Shown here in pieces: positions 25,654-34,403 of a stretch of 59,567 nucleotides of DNA. The first letter of the stretch is position 1, and each line of letters starts with the position of its first letter. The DNA is from an uncultured Piscirickettsiaceae bacterium (GTDB lineage Bacteria > Pseudomonadota > Gammaproteobacteria > GCF-002020875), in assembly GCA_964344435.1 (NCBI GenBank), contig CAYFNH010000003.1:1-59567 (forward strand), read 5' to 3'. Position numbers and translations under genes: made by a program. The notes under the pieces are model-generated. The model did not search any database. It worked only from the letters and a program-made list of their open reading frames with translations, and had not been told where the DNA came from.

Positions 25654-27819
25654 TCAGGCGCTGTACTGCTCCTCCAGCACCTTCCACAACAGAATGGGGA
25701 TCTCTCGAAGCAGAGTACCGGAAACTCGATAGACATCTGCCTGCTCCAGCACCTTGATACGACGCAGCTCTTCCTGCTCAAGGATGGCTCGCTTCTGACC
25801 AAAGTGGTCTCCTCGCTGCAACAGCCCCCCCGCCTCATCCTGTAACTGACCGGAAGAGATCAGGTAGAGGGCATCCTGCTGGGTAACAATCTCCTCATCA
25901 ACCTCATACGTCCTCAGCTCCATCTCATGAGCAATCCGGTTCTTGAGCGAGTAGGAGATCGCCTCACTGAAAAGCTCCATCTCGTTGAGCAGGGTTCTAC
26001 GGGTCTCAAGCTCTTCGATCTCACCAAACAGTTCGTTTTGTGAAACAAAAACCGTGAACAGCGAACTGGGAATCCGCAACGCCTGTACAAAGTTGGTGGT
26101 TCGATAGGTGTAGGGTGAAGGCAGCTTGTGCAACCCGGAGTATTCACCAATAAAGGTACCCGCATAGAGGGTACAGTTGACCCCGTTCTCTGCACTCAAC
26201 AGCTCTACATTACCGGTCAGGGTCAGATAGATCTCACTGTTGACTGCCCCTTCCTTGAGGATGATCGACTCGGGATTAAACAGCTCCACCTTGTTGTTCA
26301 ACAAGATACGCATGTAGTAGTCCGATGCGGAGGGGAAGTAGGTCTGCAGATACTCGATCGCGAAACGCCAGGCATAGTTCTGATAGACCGGGATCAGATG
26401 ATCCACCGCACCAAACGGCGCACCGGAACCGATCTCTTTCTGCCGGTCGGTATAGGGCACCGCAGAGTGAGAAAGAATAATCCGCTCGGAGACATCATCG
26501 GCAAAGTCCTCGATATCTCCATGGATCATGCCACCACCAATATCAACCTTCTTGGTGTTGGCCGGCTCCAGATAGTCATTCTTTACCTTCTCGATCGTCG
26601 CCTGACTCAGCCCGGGCTTACCCTCCTCCTCAAGCATTCCATCAATCACGCTGAAGGCTGCAATATCGGCGAAGTGGGCGTAGGTGTGATAACCATCCTC
26701 CCACAGGGAGCGGAAGCGCATGATGGTGGTCTCCACCGGGTGTGGAGAGAAGATCGGACGCACCTCGAGGCCATCGATATTATTCCACTCATCCTCAACC
26801 ATATCATTGATATTGAAACACTTCTCGAAGAAGGACTCCTCCACCGAGAGCAGTGCACAGAGCTTTTTGGTAACCGATGCACGCACCAACGGGGTTGCGT
26901 AGTACTCAATACGGTGACCGGAACGCGCCAGGGTTGCCAGGCCACCAAAGTGGTCATCATGGGAGTGGGTGTGGAACAGTCCGTGCACCTCGTTCAGGCT
27001 GATACCCAACGCCTCCAGATTCTCATGCACATTGGGGCCGACATCGATCATGTAGACCTTGCCCTGAAACATCAGGATGGAAGACATGCTGGGGCGGTTG
27101 GCATCCCAACCATCCCCCTGACCGGAGTGGAGTACCGAGAAATAGCCCCGCTTGATATTATGAAAATCGAGTGGATAGGGCACCTCAAATCCCTGCCCTG
27201 GCGGCAGATTGAGATCCACCGTTGCCGTCTCACCCTGATAGGCAAACTCGAATACGTTCTGTTGCAGACGCCGAACGGTGACCCCCCCCAGAATCTCGAC
27301 CGTCTCACTTCCTTCAACCATACGAGGGTCAAGCAGATCCTCGGTTGGACGGATCGCACCAAAGGCGAAGCGCAGCTTCATCGCCATCAGCTCATCCGCT
27401 TGCGCCTCCTCGACCCCGGTCTCCATGATCTCCTCCTTGGAGACCAGACCATAGTTGCCACGGTAGATATACTGCATCTGCGCCTCAACCTGATCCGGCG
27501 CACCGATCAACAGGGGTTTCTGGCCGTTATTGTTGGGGTGCCCCGGGATGATCATCCCCTGGCGATAGAGCATCTGCAGTACCGGGAACTCTGCCAGACT
27601 GGAAAACTCCCCATTCTGTAACAGCACATCCGAAAGCAGAATGGCGTTGGGCCCCAACTCGAACTTCACCCCATCGAGTTCACTCCAGACAATCAGGCCA
27701 CGTTTCATCAGGTGTTTCACGCTGTCTGCAGGACAACCACAGAGAATGCGCAGATCCGCCTCCGGCACCTCGATCCACTTGACTCCAGATGCCACCTCAA
27801 TCAACTTAATCTTACGCAT
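25654..27819 (-). CDS. Metallo-beta-lactamase-fold hydrolase fused to two C-terminal cNMP-binding-like domains
   Basis: FHTHSHDDHFGG (HxHxDH), SPHPVET, HFAD, IILSHS; C-terminal IILKEG...GTFIGEY and GDHFGQ. Confidence 0.8.
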   Translation of the reverse strand: MRKIKLIEVASGVKWIEVPEADLRILCGCPADSVKHLMKRGLIVWSELDGVKFELGPNAILLSDVLLQNGEFSSLAEFPVLQMLYRQGMIIPGHPNNNGQKPLLIGAPDQVEAQMQYIYRGNYGLVSKEEIMETGVEEAQADELMAMKLRFAFGAIRPTEDLLDPRMVEGSETVEILGGVTVRRLQQNVFEFAYQGETATVDLNLPPGQGFEVPYPLDFHNIKRGYFSVLHSGQGDGWDANRPSMSSILMFQGKVYMIDVGPNVHENLEALGISLNEVHGLFHTHSHDDHFGGLATLARSGHRIEYYATPLVRASVTKKLCALLSVEESFFEKCFNINDMVEDEWNNIDGLEVRPIFSPHPVETTIMRFRSLWEDGYHTYAHFADIAAFSVIDGMLEEEGKPGLSQATIEKVKNDYLEPANTKKVDIGGGMIHGDIEDFADDVSERIILSHSAVPYTDRQKEIGSGAPFGAVDHLIPVYQNYAWRFAIEYLQTYFPSASDYYMRILLNNKVELFNPESIILKEGAVNSEIYLTLTGNVELLSAENGVNCTLYAGTFIGEYSGLHKLPSPYTYRTTNFVQALRIPSSLFTVFVSQNELFGEIEELETRRTLLNEMELFSEAISYSLKNRIAHEMELRTYEVDEEIVTQQDALYLISSGQLQDEAGGLLQRGDHFGQKRAILEQEELRRIKVLEQADVYRVSGTLLREIPILLWKVLEEQYSA

Positions 27820-27979
27820 GAACTCCTACCCTTGAATACTCAGTACTAGATCTGGTACAGCATATATTATTGTTATATATCAAAGCGCGAAAGCATATCA
27901 TAGTCCCTCGTGGATGCTAACCATTTTCCGCAACTTGCGAAAACCATGACTTCCATTACAATAGCCCGTTTTGATCGAT

Positions 27980-28010
27980 CGGCAGCATCTTCCGGGGCTG
28001 CCGTTTTTTA
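27980..28010 (+). terminator. Terminator-like hairpin immediately upstream of argD
   Basis: CGGCAGC-N10-GCTGCCG-TTTTTT. Confidence 0.45.
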
Positions 28011-28037
28011 TTCTGGATTACCCTACCATACAGAACT

Positions 28038-29219
28038 ATGAGCAACACCATCATGAATACCTACGGGCGCCTTCCGGTCTCCTTTGTAAAGGGAGAAGGA
28101 GCCTGGCTGGAGGATGACAAGGGAAACCGCTATCTGGATGCACTCAGCGGAATCGCTGTTTGCGGACTGGGCCACAGCCACCCAACCATTACCCGGGCAA
28201 TTTGTGAGCAGGCAGGCACCCTGCTGCACACCTCCAACCTGTATGGCATTCCCAACCAGCAACGTCTGGCCGACCGTTTATGTGAGATCTCCGGCATGGA
28301 GAGTGTATTCTTCAGCAACTCGGGTGCCGAAGCCAATGAGGCTGCGATCAAGCTGGCTCGCCTGCATGGCCACCATCAGGGCTTCAACAACCCCGCAATC
28401 ATTGTGGTCAAACAGAGTTTTCACGGGCGCACCCTGGCCACCCTGAGCGCAACCGGTAACCGCAAGGTACAGGCAGGCTTCGAGCCTCTGGTCTCCGGCT
28501 TTATCCGAGCCCCCTACAACGATCTGGATGCACTGCAGGAGATTACAACAAACTCCAGAGAAGTGGCTGCCGTAATGGTTGAGCCCATCCAGGGTGAAGG
28601 GGGAATCCAGCTTGCAGACAGTGGCTATCTGCAAGGCATACGTGAACTCTGCGACCAACATGGCTGGCTGATGATCCTCGACGAGATTCAGACCGGCATG
28701 GGCAGAACTGGTCGCTGGTTTGGATTCCAGCACGAAAGCGTGCAACCCGACGTAATCACTCTGGCCAAAGGGCTCGGCAATGGCCTCCCCATTGGGGCCT
28801 GCCTGGCACACGGTAGTGCGGCAACGCTGTTCCAGCCGGGGATGCATGGATCCACCTTTGGGGGAAACCCGTTGGTAACCCGGGCCGCACTCAGCGTTAT
28901 CGAAACCATCGAGCAGGACAACCTGGTCGAACGAGCCGAAGTGCTGGGGGCCCGTATGCTGGATGGAATCAACTCCAGACTCTCCACCAACCGTTTGGTA
29001 GTGAGCGTACGAGGGAAAGGGCTGATGATCGGTATTGAGCTCGCCAGCCCCTGTGCAGAGCTGGTATCGAGGGCACTCGAACAGAAGTTGTTGATCAATG
29101 TCACCGCAGGTTCGGTTGTACGCCTGCTGCCCCCACTGATTCTCAGTGACCATGAGGCCGACCAGATTGTCGATCAGGTCTGTTCACTGATCGAGCTGTG
29201 GAGCCAACAAGGAGCATAG
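28038..29219 (+). CDS. argD: Acetylornithine aminotransferase
   Basis: [43 protein letters not shown]. Confidence 0.95.
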   Translation: MSNTIMNTYGRLPVSFVKGEGAWLEDDKGNRYLDALSGIAVCGLGHSHPTITRAICEQAGTLLHTSNLYGIPNQQRLADRLCEISGMESVFFSNSGAEANEAAIKLARLHGHHQGFNNPAIIVVKQSFHGRTLATLSATGNRKVQAGFEPLVSGFIRAPYNDLDALQEITTNSREVAAVMVEPIQGEGGIQLADSGYLQGIRELCDQHGWLMILDEIQTGMGRTGRWFGFQHESVQPDVITLAKGLGNGLPIGACLAHGSAATLFQPGMHGSTFGGNPLVTRAALSVIETIEQDNLVERAEVLGARMLDGINSRLSTNRLVVSVRGKGLMIGIELASPCAELVSRALEQKLLINVTAGSVVRLLPPLILSDHEADQIVDQVCSLIELWSQQGA

Positions 29220-29221
29220 AG

Positions 29222-30124
29222 ATGACCACTCGACATTTTCTCACCCTGCTCGACCTCTCTACCGAAGAGCTCGAGCAACTACTGCAACGTGCGATCGAGC
29301 TCAAACAGATGCGCCGTGATGGTACGCTGCATGAACCCCTGAAAAACCGGGTTCTTGGCATGATCTTCGAAAAATCCTCCACCCGTACCCGAGTCTCCTT
29401 CGAGGCCGGAATGGCACAGTTTGGGGGTAGCGCCATCTTTCTCTCCTCACGGGATACCCAGCTGGGTCGTGGAGAGCCGATAGAGGACAGTGCCCGGGTG
29501 CTCTCCAGCATGGTAGACGCGGTAATGATCCGCACCTTTGCACACGAAAATGTCGAGCGCTTCGCCAACTACTCTTCGGTTCCGGTAATCAACGCACTTA
29601 CGGATGACTATCATCCCTGTCAGCTACTGGCGGATATGCAGACCTACCTGGAGCAGCGGGGATCGATCCGTGGCAAAACGGTGGCCTGGATCGGAGATGG
29701 CAACAACATGTGCCACTCCTACATGAATGCAGCCATACGCTTTGGCTTTCACCTCAACATCGCTACGCCGGATGGATATGAGCCGAAAGCGGAAGTGGTC
29801 GAGGCCACCCGTTCCAACATCACCCTGATGAGAGAGCCTGTGGAAGCGGTTACCGCTGCAGATCTGGTGGTGACCGATGTCTGGGCCAGCATGGGCCAGG
29901 AAGAGGAAAGCAGCACGCGCAACACACTGTTCCAGAACTATCAGGTCAATACTGCACTGATGAGCCATGCCAACCCGGATGCGCTTTTCATGCACTGCCT
30001 CCCTGCCCACCGTGGTGAAGAGGTCTCTGCAGAGGTGATTGACGGGCCACAGAGCGTAGTCTGGGAGGAGGCCGAAAACCGCCTCCATGCACAGAAGGCG
30101 CTACTGGAGTTTCTGCTACCGTAA
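29222..30124 (+). CDS. argF: Ornithine carbamoyltransferase
   Basis: [19 protein letters not shown]; start placed at ATG 29222 (MTTRHF). Confidence 0.96.
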   Translation: MTTRHFLTLLDLSTEELEQLLQRAIELKQMRRDGTLHEPLKNRVLGMIFEKSSTRTRVSFEAGMAQFGGSAIFLSSRDTQLGRGEPIEDSARVLSSMVDAVMIRTFAHENVERFANYSSVPVINALTDDYHPCQLLADMQTYLEQRGSIRGKTVAWIGDGNNMCHSYMNAAIRFGFHLNIATPDGYEPKAEVVEATRSNITLMREPVEAVTAADLVVTDVWASMGQEEESSTRNTLFQNYQVNTALMSHANPDALFMHCLPAHRGEEVSAEVIDGPQSVVWEEAENRLHAQKALLEFLLP

Positions 30125-30133
30125 GCGCGAACC

Positions 30134-30382
30134 GTGGAGCAGCCCTACCACCCCATCTCCTGTGCCCGGCACAGCGAGCTGGAGCTGGCCATCCTCCGCA
30201 AAAACCTGCTGACCGTTCAGTGGCTCGACCCCGAGGGGGAGCAACAACAGGCCACACTACAGCCGCTCGACCTGACCACACGCAAGCAGGGAGAGTTTCT
30301 ACTTGCACGCAAAACCGTGGACCACACCATGGTAGAGATCCGGCTCGATAAAATCGTCAGCAGCGAGATCATCACTCCATAG
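30134..30382 (+). CDS. rof: Rof/YaeO-family Rho-binding antiterminator
   Basis: YHPISC...ELELAI...L.W and EIRLDKI pattern; 82 aa. Confidence 0.75.
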   Translation: MEQPYHPISCARHSELELAILRKNLLTVQWLDPEGEQQQATLQPLDLTTRKQGEFLLARKTVDHTMVEIRLDKIVSSEIITP

Positions 30383-30833
30383 CCCTGTCCGAGGCAACCG
30401 TATTGTGTTCCACCCAGCGTGCCCCCGCCTCCAGCTGCTCCTTTTTCCAGAAGGGCGCACGCGACTTGAGCTCCTCGATCAGATAACGAGCAGCCTGAAA
30501 TGACTCCCCCCGATGTGCAGACCAGGCTGCCACCAGCACAATGGGATCATTGGGCATCATCAGCCCTACCCGGTGGATAATCAGGGTATCGATAATATTC
30601 CAGCGGGTCACCGCCTCCTGCGAGATCTTCTGCAGATGACGATCGGTCATCCCCGGATAGTGCTCGAGCAGCATCCCTGTCACCCCGTCCCCCTCATTGA
30701 ACTCACGCATGGTGCCGGAAAACAGGGTGGCTGCTCCATACTTGCCACCATACTCGGGATCGAGCACCTCTTTCTCATAACGGGCCATCTCCTCCCATGG
30801 AGAGAAGGGCTGCTCTCGAATCTCGACCTTCAC
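30372..30833 (-). CDS. moaE: Molybdopterin synthase catalytic subunit
   Basis: LEHYPGMT, HRVG, KSRAPFWKKE. Confidence 0.95.
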   Translation of the reverse strand: MKVEIREQPFSPWEEMARYEKEVLDPEYGGKYGAATLFSGTMREFNEGDGVTGMLLEHYPGMTDRHLQKISQEAVTRWNIIDTLIIHRVGLMMPNDPIVLVAAWSAHRGESFQAARYLIEELKSRAPFWKKEQLEAGARWVEHNTVASDRAME

Positions 30834-30836
30834 GGG

Positions 30837-31067
30837 TCAGCCCCCGGTTACCGGCGGAAAGAAGGCCACCTCATCCCCATCGCCAACCGGGGTATCCGGA
30901 TCGGAGTAGTCCATATTCTTCGCCATCAGCAAATTGGCGGGGCGCTGCTTGCCAGCTGCCACCCGCTCCCACACCTCTCCGATGGTGGCTACCTCAGCCG
31001 CAGCGACCTCATCCCCTTCACGCCCCATCTCCTCTCGCAGACTGGCGAAAAAACGAACCTGAATCAT
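30837..31067 (-). CDS. moaD: Molybdopterin synthase sulfur carrier
   Basis: VRFFASLRE, C-terminal FFPPVTGG. Confidence 0.95.
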   Translation of the reverse strand: MIQVRFFASLREEMGREGDEVAAAEVATIGEVWERVAAGKQRPANLLMAKNMDYSDPDTPVGDGDEVAFFPPVTGG

Positions 31068-31143
31068 CTTCCTTCTCTCACTACACGATTGTCAAAAATG
31101 GTAGTCTCCCCTTTTCCGTAACGATTCACAAGGATTGAAATCA

Positions 31144-31620
31144 ATGAGCGAGCTGACCCACTTCAATGCCTCGGGCGATGCCCATATGGTGGATGTAGGG
31201 GAGAAGGATATCACCCGGCGGGTCGCAGTGACCGAGGGGGAGATCACCATGCTCCCGGCCACGCTGGAGAAGATCATGCAGGGCGACCACAAAAAAGGGG
31301 ATGTGCTCGGCATCGCAAGGGTGGCAGGCATCATGGCCGCAAAGAAGACCGCAGAGCTGATTCCACTCTGCCACCCACTGGCCCTGACCCATGTAGAGAT
31401 CGAACTAACCCCGCAACCGGAGCACCACTGTGTCCATTGCCAAACCACTGTGGAAACCCGTGGTCAGACCGGGGTGGAGATGGAAGCCCTGACCGCCACC
31501 CAGATAGCCCTGTTGACCATCTACGACATGTGCAAGGCGGTGGATCGTGGCATGGAGATGGGCGGTGTGCGGCTGATTGAAAAGAGAGGAGGCAAGTCGG
31601 GGCACTGGAAACGCGAGTGA
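31144..31620 (+). CDS. moaC: Cyclic pyranopterin monophosphate synthase
   Basis: LTHF...[34 protein letters not shown]; start placed at ATG 31144. Confidence 0.96.
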   Translation: MSELTHFNASGDAHMVDVGEKDITRRVAVTEGEITMLPATLEKIMQGDHKKGDVLGIARVAGIMAAKKTAELIPLCHPLALTHVEIELTPQPEHHCVHCQTTVETRGQTGVEMEALTATQIALLTIYDMCKAVDRGMEMGGVRLIEKRGGKSGHWKRE

Positions 31621-32666
31621 ATTCCTCTCTGACCGACCGGGCGCGGGTACTCAGCGCCGGTATCCTCAGCCTGATCCTGATGCTGGGCATTGCCCGCTTT
31701 GCCTACACCCCACTGCTGCCAATCATGCAGCAACAGGCCGGGCTTGGGGTTGCCGAGGGGGGCTGGCTTGCCTCCATCAACTATCTGGGCTATCTCAGCG
31801 GTGCTGCCGGGCTGTTGATTGGTTCAGGGCTGGTACTGCACTGGCTGCTGCGCCACAACTATCGCAGCGAGTTGGGCATTCACTTCAGTGGGCTGGGTCT
31901 TGGGATCGCCTTCAGCGCAGTGGCGGTTGAGTGGATGGGTGAAGTCATCTGGGCACAGCAGTGGCTGCTATTGACGGCTGCAGGTCTGTTGTTGCTGATC
32001 CCGGCATGGCGCTGGCTTCCCGCTCCCGGCAACCATAATGCCACCAACAGTGGAGAAGCCCTGGTCGATAACCCACCCAGCCGTCAATTTCTGCTCTACT
32101 TCATGGCAGCCTACTTCTGTGCTGGAGTGGGCTATGTGGTCAGCGCAACCTTTATTGTTGATATCATCGAGCAGATCCCCGGCCTCTCCGGCAACGGCAA
32201 CTGGACTTTTCTGCTGTTGGGGCTGGGGGCGGCCCCCGCCTGTATCGTCTGGGACCTGATAGCACGACGCAGCGGTGACCTCAATGCTCTGATCCTCGCC
32301 TTCCTGCTGCAGATTGTCAGCATTCTGATGCCCTTGATGATTACCACCCTGATTGGCGCAATTTTCAGTGCACTGCTGTTTGGCAGCACCTTTGTCGGTA
32401 TTGTCAGCCTGGTACTGACGATGGCAGGGCGCTACTACCCAACCCGTCCCGCCAAGATGATGGGGAAGATGACCATCAGCTATGGGGTTGCACAGATTGC
32501 GGCCCCGGCGATTACCGGGTTACTCGCCACACACAGCGGCAGCTACAGCGATGGCCTCTGGCTGGCGGCCGGGATGATGGTGTTGGGTACGCTATTGATG
32601 CGTACAACTGAAACGGCTGGAGGTAAATCCTACCGCTTCAAGCAGAGGATGAAATCAGAGAAATAG
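31617..32666 (+). CDS. YbfB/YjiJ-family MFS transporter, apparently with an internal in-frame deletion (possible pseudogene)
   Basis: [37 protein letters not shown]; only 349 aa, with the segment after YLGYLSGA apparently missing. Confidence 0.75.
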   Translation: MNSSLTDRARVLSAGILSLILMLGIARFAYTPLLPIMQQQAGLGVAEGGWLASINYLGYLSGAAGLLIGSGLVLHWLLRHNYRSELGIHFSGLGLGIAFSAVAVEWMGEVIWAQQWLLLTAAGLLLLIPAWRWLPAPGNHNATNSGEALVDNPPSRQFLLYFMAAYFCAGVGYVVSATFIVDIIEQIPGLSGNGNWTFLLLGLGAAPACIVWDLIARRSGDLNALILAFLLQIVSILMPLMITTLIGAIFSALLFGSTFVGIVSLVLTMAGRYYPTRPAKMMGKMTISYGVAQIAAPAITGLLATHSGSYSDGLWLAAGMMVLGTLLMRTTETAGGKSYRFKQRMKSEK

Positions 32667-32717
32667 GGAGGGGCAATTTTCAGCACTGATTGACAGGATT
32701 GAGAAGTTACGATGCTG

Positions 32718-33143
32718 CTAAGCAGCAGGTGATAGCCAATTTTCTATTTGAATTTCCGGCACACGAGCGAACTCTCGTTCGTTTGCTGTTACAACGGTGA
32801 GCGCGTGTGCTCTTGCATGTGCTGCAATCAGTAAGTCATTTGGGCCAATAGGTGTTCCAGCGGCTTCCAACACTTCTCTAATTTCAGCATAGTGTTGATC
32901 TGCGGGTTGATCAAAAGCCAATATTTCAATTGCAGAAAGGATTGCTTCGACTTGGTTATAAAGGCGTTCAGATCCGGTTCCAAGCTTATGCTTGCGAGCT
33001 CCGAACCGTAATTCACTGGCAACGATTACGCTGGTGCAAACTTTATCTTCACCAACTTGCCCAATCATCATGGCAATCTCCCCTTGAGGATTACGAACAA
33101 GATCTGAAAGAATATTGGTGTCAAGCAGGTAACTGTAGATCAA
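32718..33143 (-). CDS. vapC: VapC PIN-domain toxin
   Basis: YLLDTNILS, ELRFG, IGPNDLLIAAHA, VTANEREF. Confidence 0.93.
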   Translation of the reverse strand: MIYSYLLDTNILSDLVRNPQGEIAMMIGQVGEDKVCTSVIVASELRFGARKHKLGTGSERLYNQVEAILSAIEILAFDQPADQHYAEIREVLEAAGTPIGPNDLLIAAHARAHALTVVTANEREFARVPEIQIENWLSPAA

Positions 33144-33379
33144 AGTTCAATCTCATCTAGCGTTTGTAGCCCTTCATCCACATCTGGAAATGGCTCACTG
33201 ATTGGCTCCAAAGTATCCAGCAAGGCCAATAATCTGCCTTTCATCACAGGCTCAATAACCAGGTGATGACCTTCTTTGCGAATTATTGCCTGCTCGCTAT
33301 CCAATTCGAATTCTCTAGGGATGCGAACTGCTTGATTACGCCCGTTTCTAAAAAGATTTACCGTTCTTTCATGGTGCAT
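33140..33379 (-). CDS. vapB: VapB/AbrB-type antitoxin
   Basis: LFRNGRNQAVRIPREFEL; ATG 33379; 4-bp overlap with vapC. Confidence 0.9.
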   Translation of the reverse strand: MHHERTVNLFRNGRNQAVRIPREFELDSEQAIIRKEGHHLVIEPVMKGRLLALLDTLEPISEPFPDVDEGLQTLDEIEL

Positions 33380-33405
33380 TGTTCTTGCCTGAAATATGAA
33401 CATAT

Positions 33406-33425
33406 GCCAAAGTATATGCTTTGGC
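33406..33425. promoter_or_regulatory. Candidate vapBC autoregulatory operator GCCAAAG-TATATG-CTTTGGC
   Basis: Perfect 7-bp inverted repeat 26 bp upstream of the vapB start. Confidence 0.55.
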
Positions 33426-33469
33426 GGCAAGGCATGCAACGATTTGCTCCGAAGTCTGTTTAAAGCCGC

Positions 33470-34393
33470 TCAATCCAACATAAGCTGAACCCGGTTCCTC
33501 CCCAACTCCTTCGCCCGGTACAGGGCCTGATCCGCCTGATGAATCAACGCCTCAACACTGCTGTTCATGTCAGGAATGATGGCAGAGACCCCAATACTCA
33601 CAGTAACCGGGTGTGCTTCAGAGGTTACTCTGGGGCCAATCTCACTCCCCTCAATAGCGGCTCGCATCTGCTCAGCGAGCGCTGCAGCCACTTCCAGATC
33701 GGTTTCAGAAAACACACAACAGAACTCCTCACCCCCATAACGTGCCACCAGATCGGTTGGACGACGTGCATATCTCGACATGGCATCCACAATCTGTCTG
33801 AGGCACTCGTCTCCAGCAAGGTGTCCATAGGTATCGTTGAATGACTTGAACCAGTCGACATCGACCATACAGATGGAGAGCGGGTAGTGGCCACGACGTG
33901 CACGCAACATCTCGTTTTCCAGATAGGTGTCAAGATAGCGCCGGTTGGCCGCACCGGTCAAACCATCTACATTGACCAGTCGCTCCAGCTGCTTGTTACT
34001 TTCAGAGAGTTTCTGCCGTAGTATCGCAATGCGGTACATTGCATTCATCTTCGCTTCCAGTATCACCTTGTTGACCGGCTTGAACAGATAGTCATCTCCT
34101 CCTGCATCAATCCCGGTGGCAAGATCCTCATCCTCGGTCAGACCGCTCAGAAACAGAATCGGCACCCAGTCCTCCGCCATCAATGTACGAAGCTCCCTGG
34201 CGGCCTGATACCCATTCACCAGAGGCATCATCACATCGAGGATCAGTAGATCCAGCGTCTCTCGATGTTCTCGATACGCCTCAATGGCACTGGCGCCGTC
34301 TGCCACGTCAATCACCTCATGTCCCAACTGTTTGAGGTATGACTTCAATACAATCCGATCGCTGGCAGTATCATCCGCAATGAGAATTTTCAT
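33470..34393 (-). CDS. REC-GGDEF response regulator / diguanylate cyclase
   Basis: ILIADD, LILDVMMP, DGLTG..NRR, RPTD I-site, RYGGEEF. Confidence 0.93.
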   Translation of the reverse strand: MKILIADDTASDRIVLKSYLKQLGHEVIDVADGASAIEAYREHRETLDLLILDVMMPLVNGYQAARELRTLMAEDWVPILFLSGLTEDEDLATGIDAGGDDYLFKPVNKVILEAKMNAMYRIAILRQKLSESNKQLERLVNVDGLTGAANRRYLDTYLENEMLRARRGHYPLSICMVDVDWFKSFNDTYGHLAGDECLRQIVDAMSRYARRPTDLVARYGGEEFCCVFSETDLEVAAALAEQMRAAIEGSEIGPRVTSEAHPVTVSIGVSAIIPDMNSSVEALIHQADQALYRAKELGRNRVQLMLD

Positions 34394-34403
34394 CCCGTAT
34401 CTC

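Noticed and set aside
25558-25845. Plus-strand 95-aa ORF spanning the MBL/hydantoinase junction
   Set aside because: It overlaps two real genes on the opposite strand and has no motif.
27855-27885. ARG boxes upstream of argD
   Set aside because: The AT-rich stretch only weakly resembles the consensus, and no paired boxes are evident.
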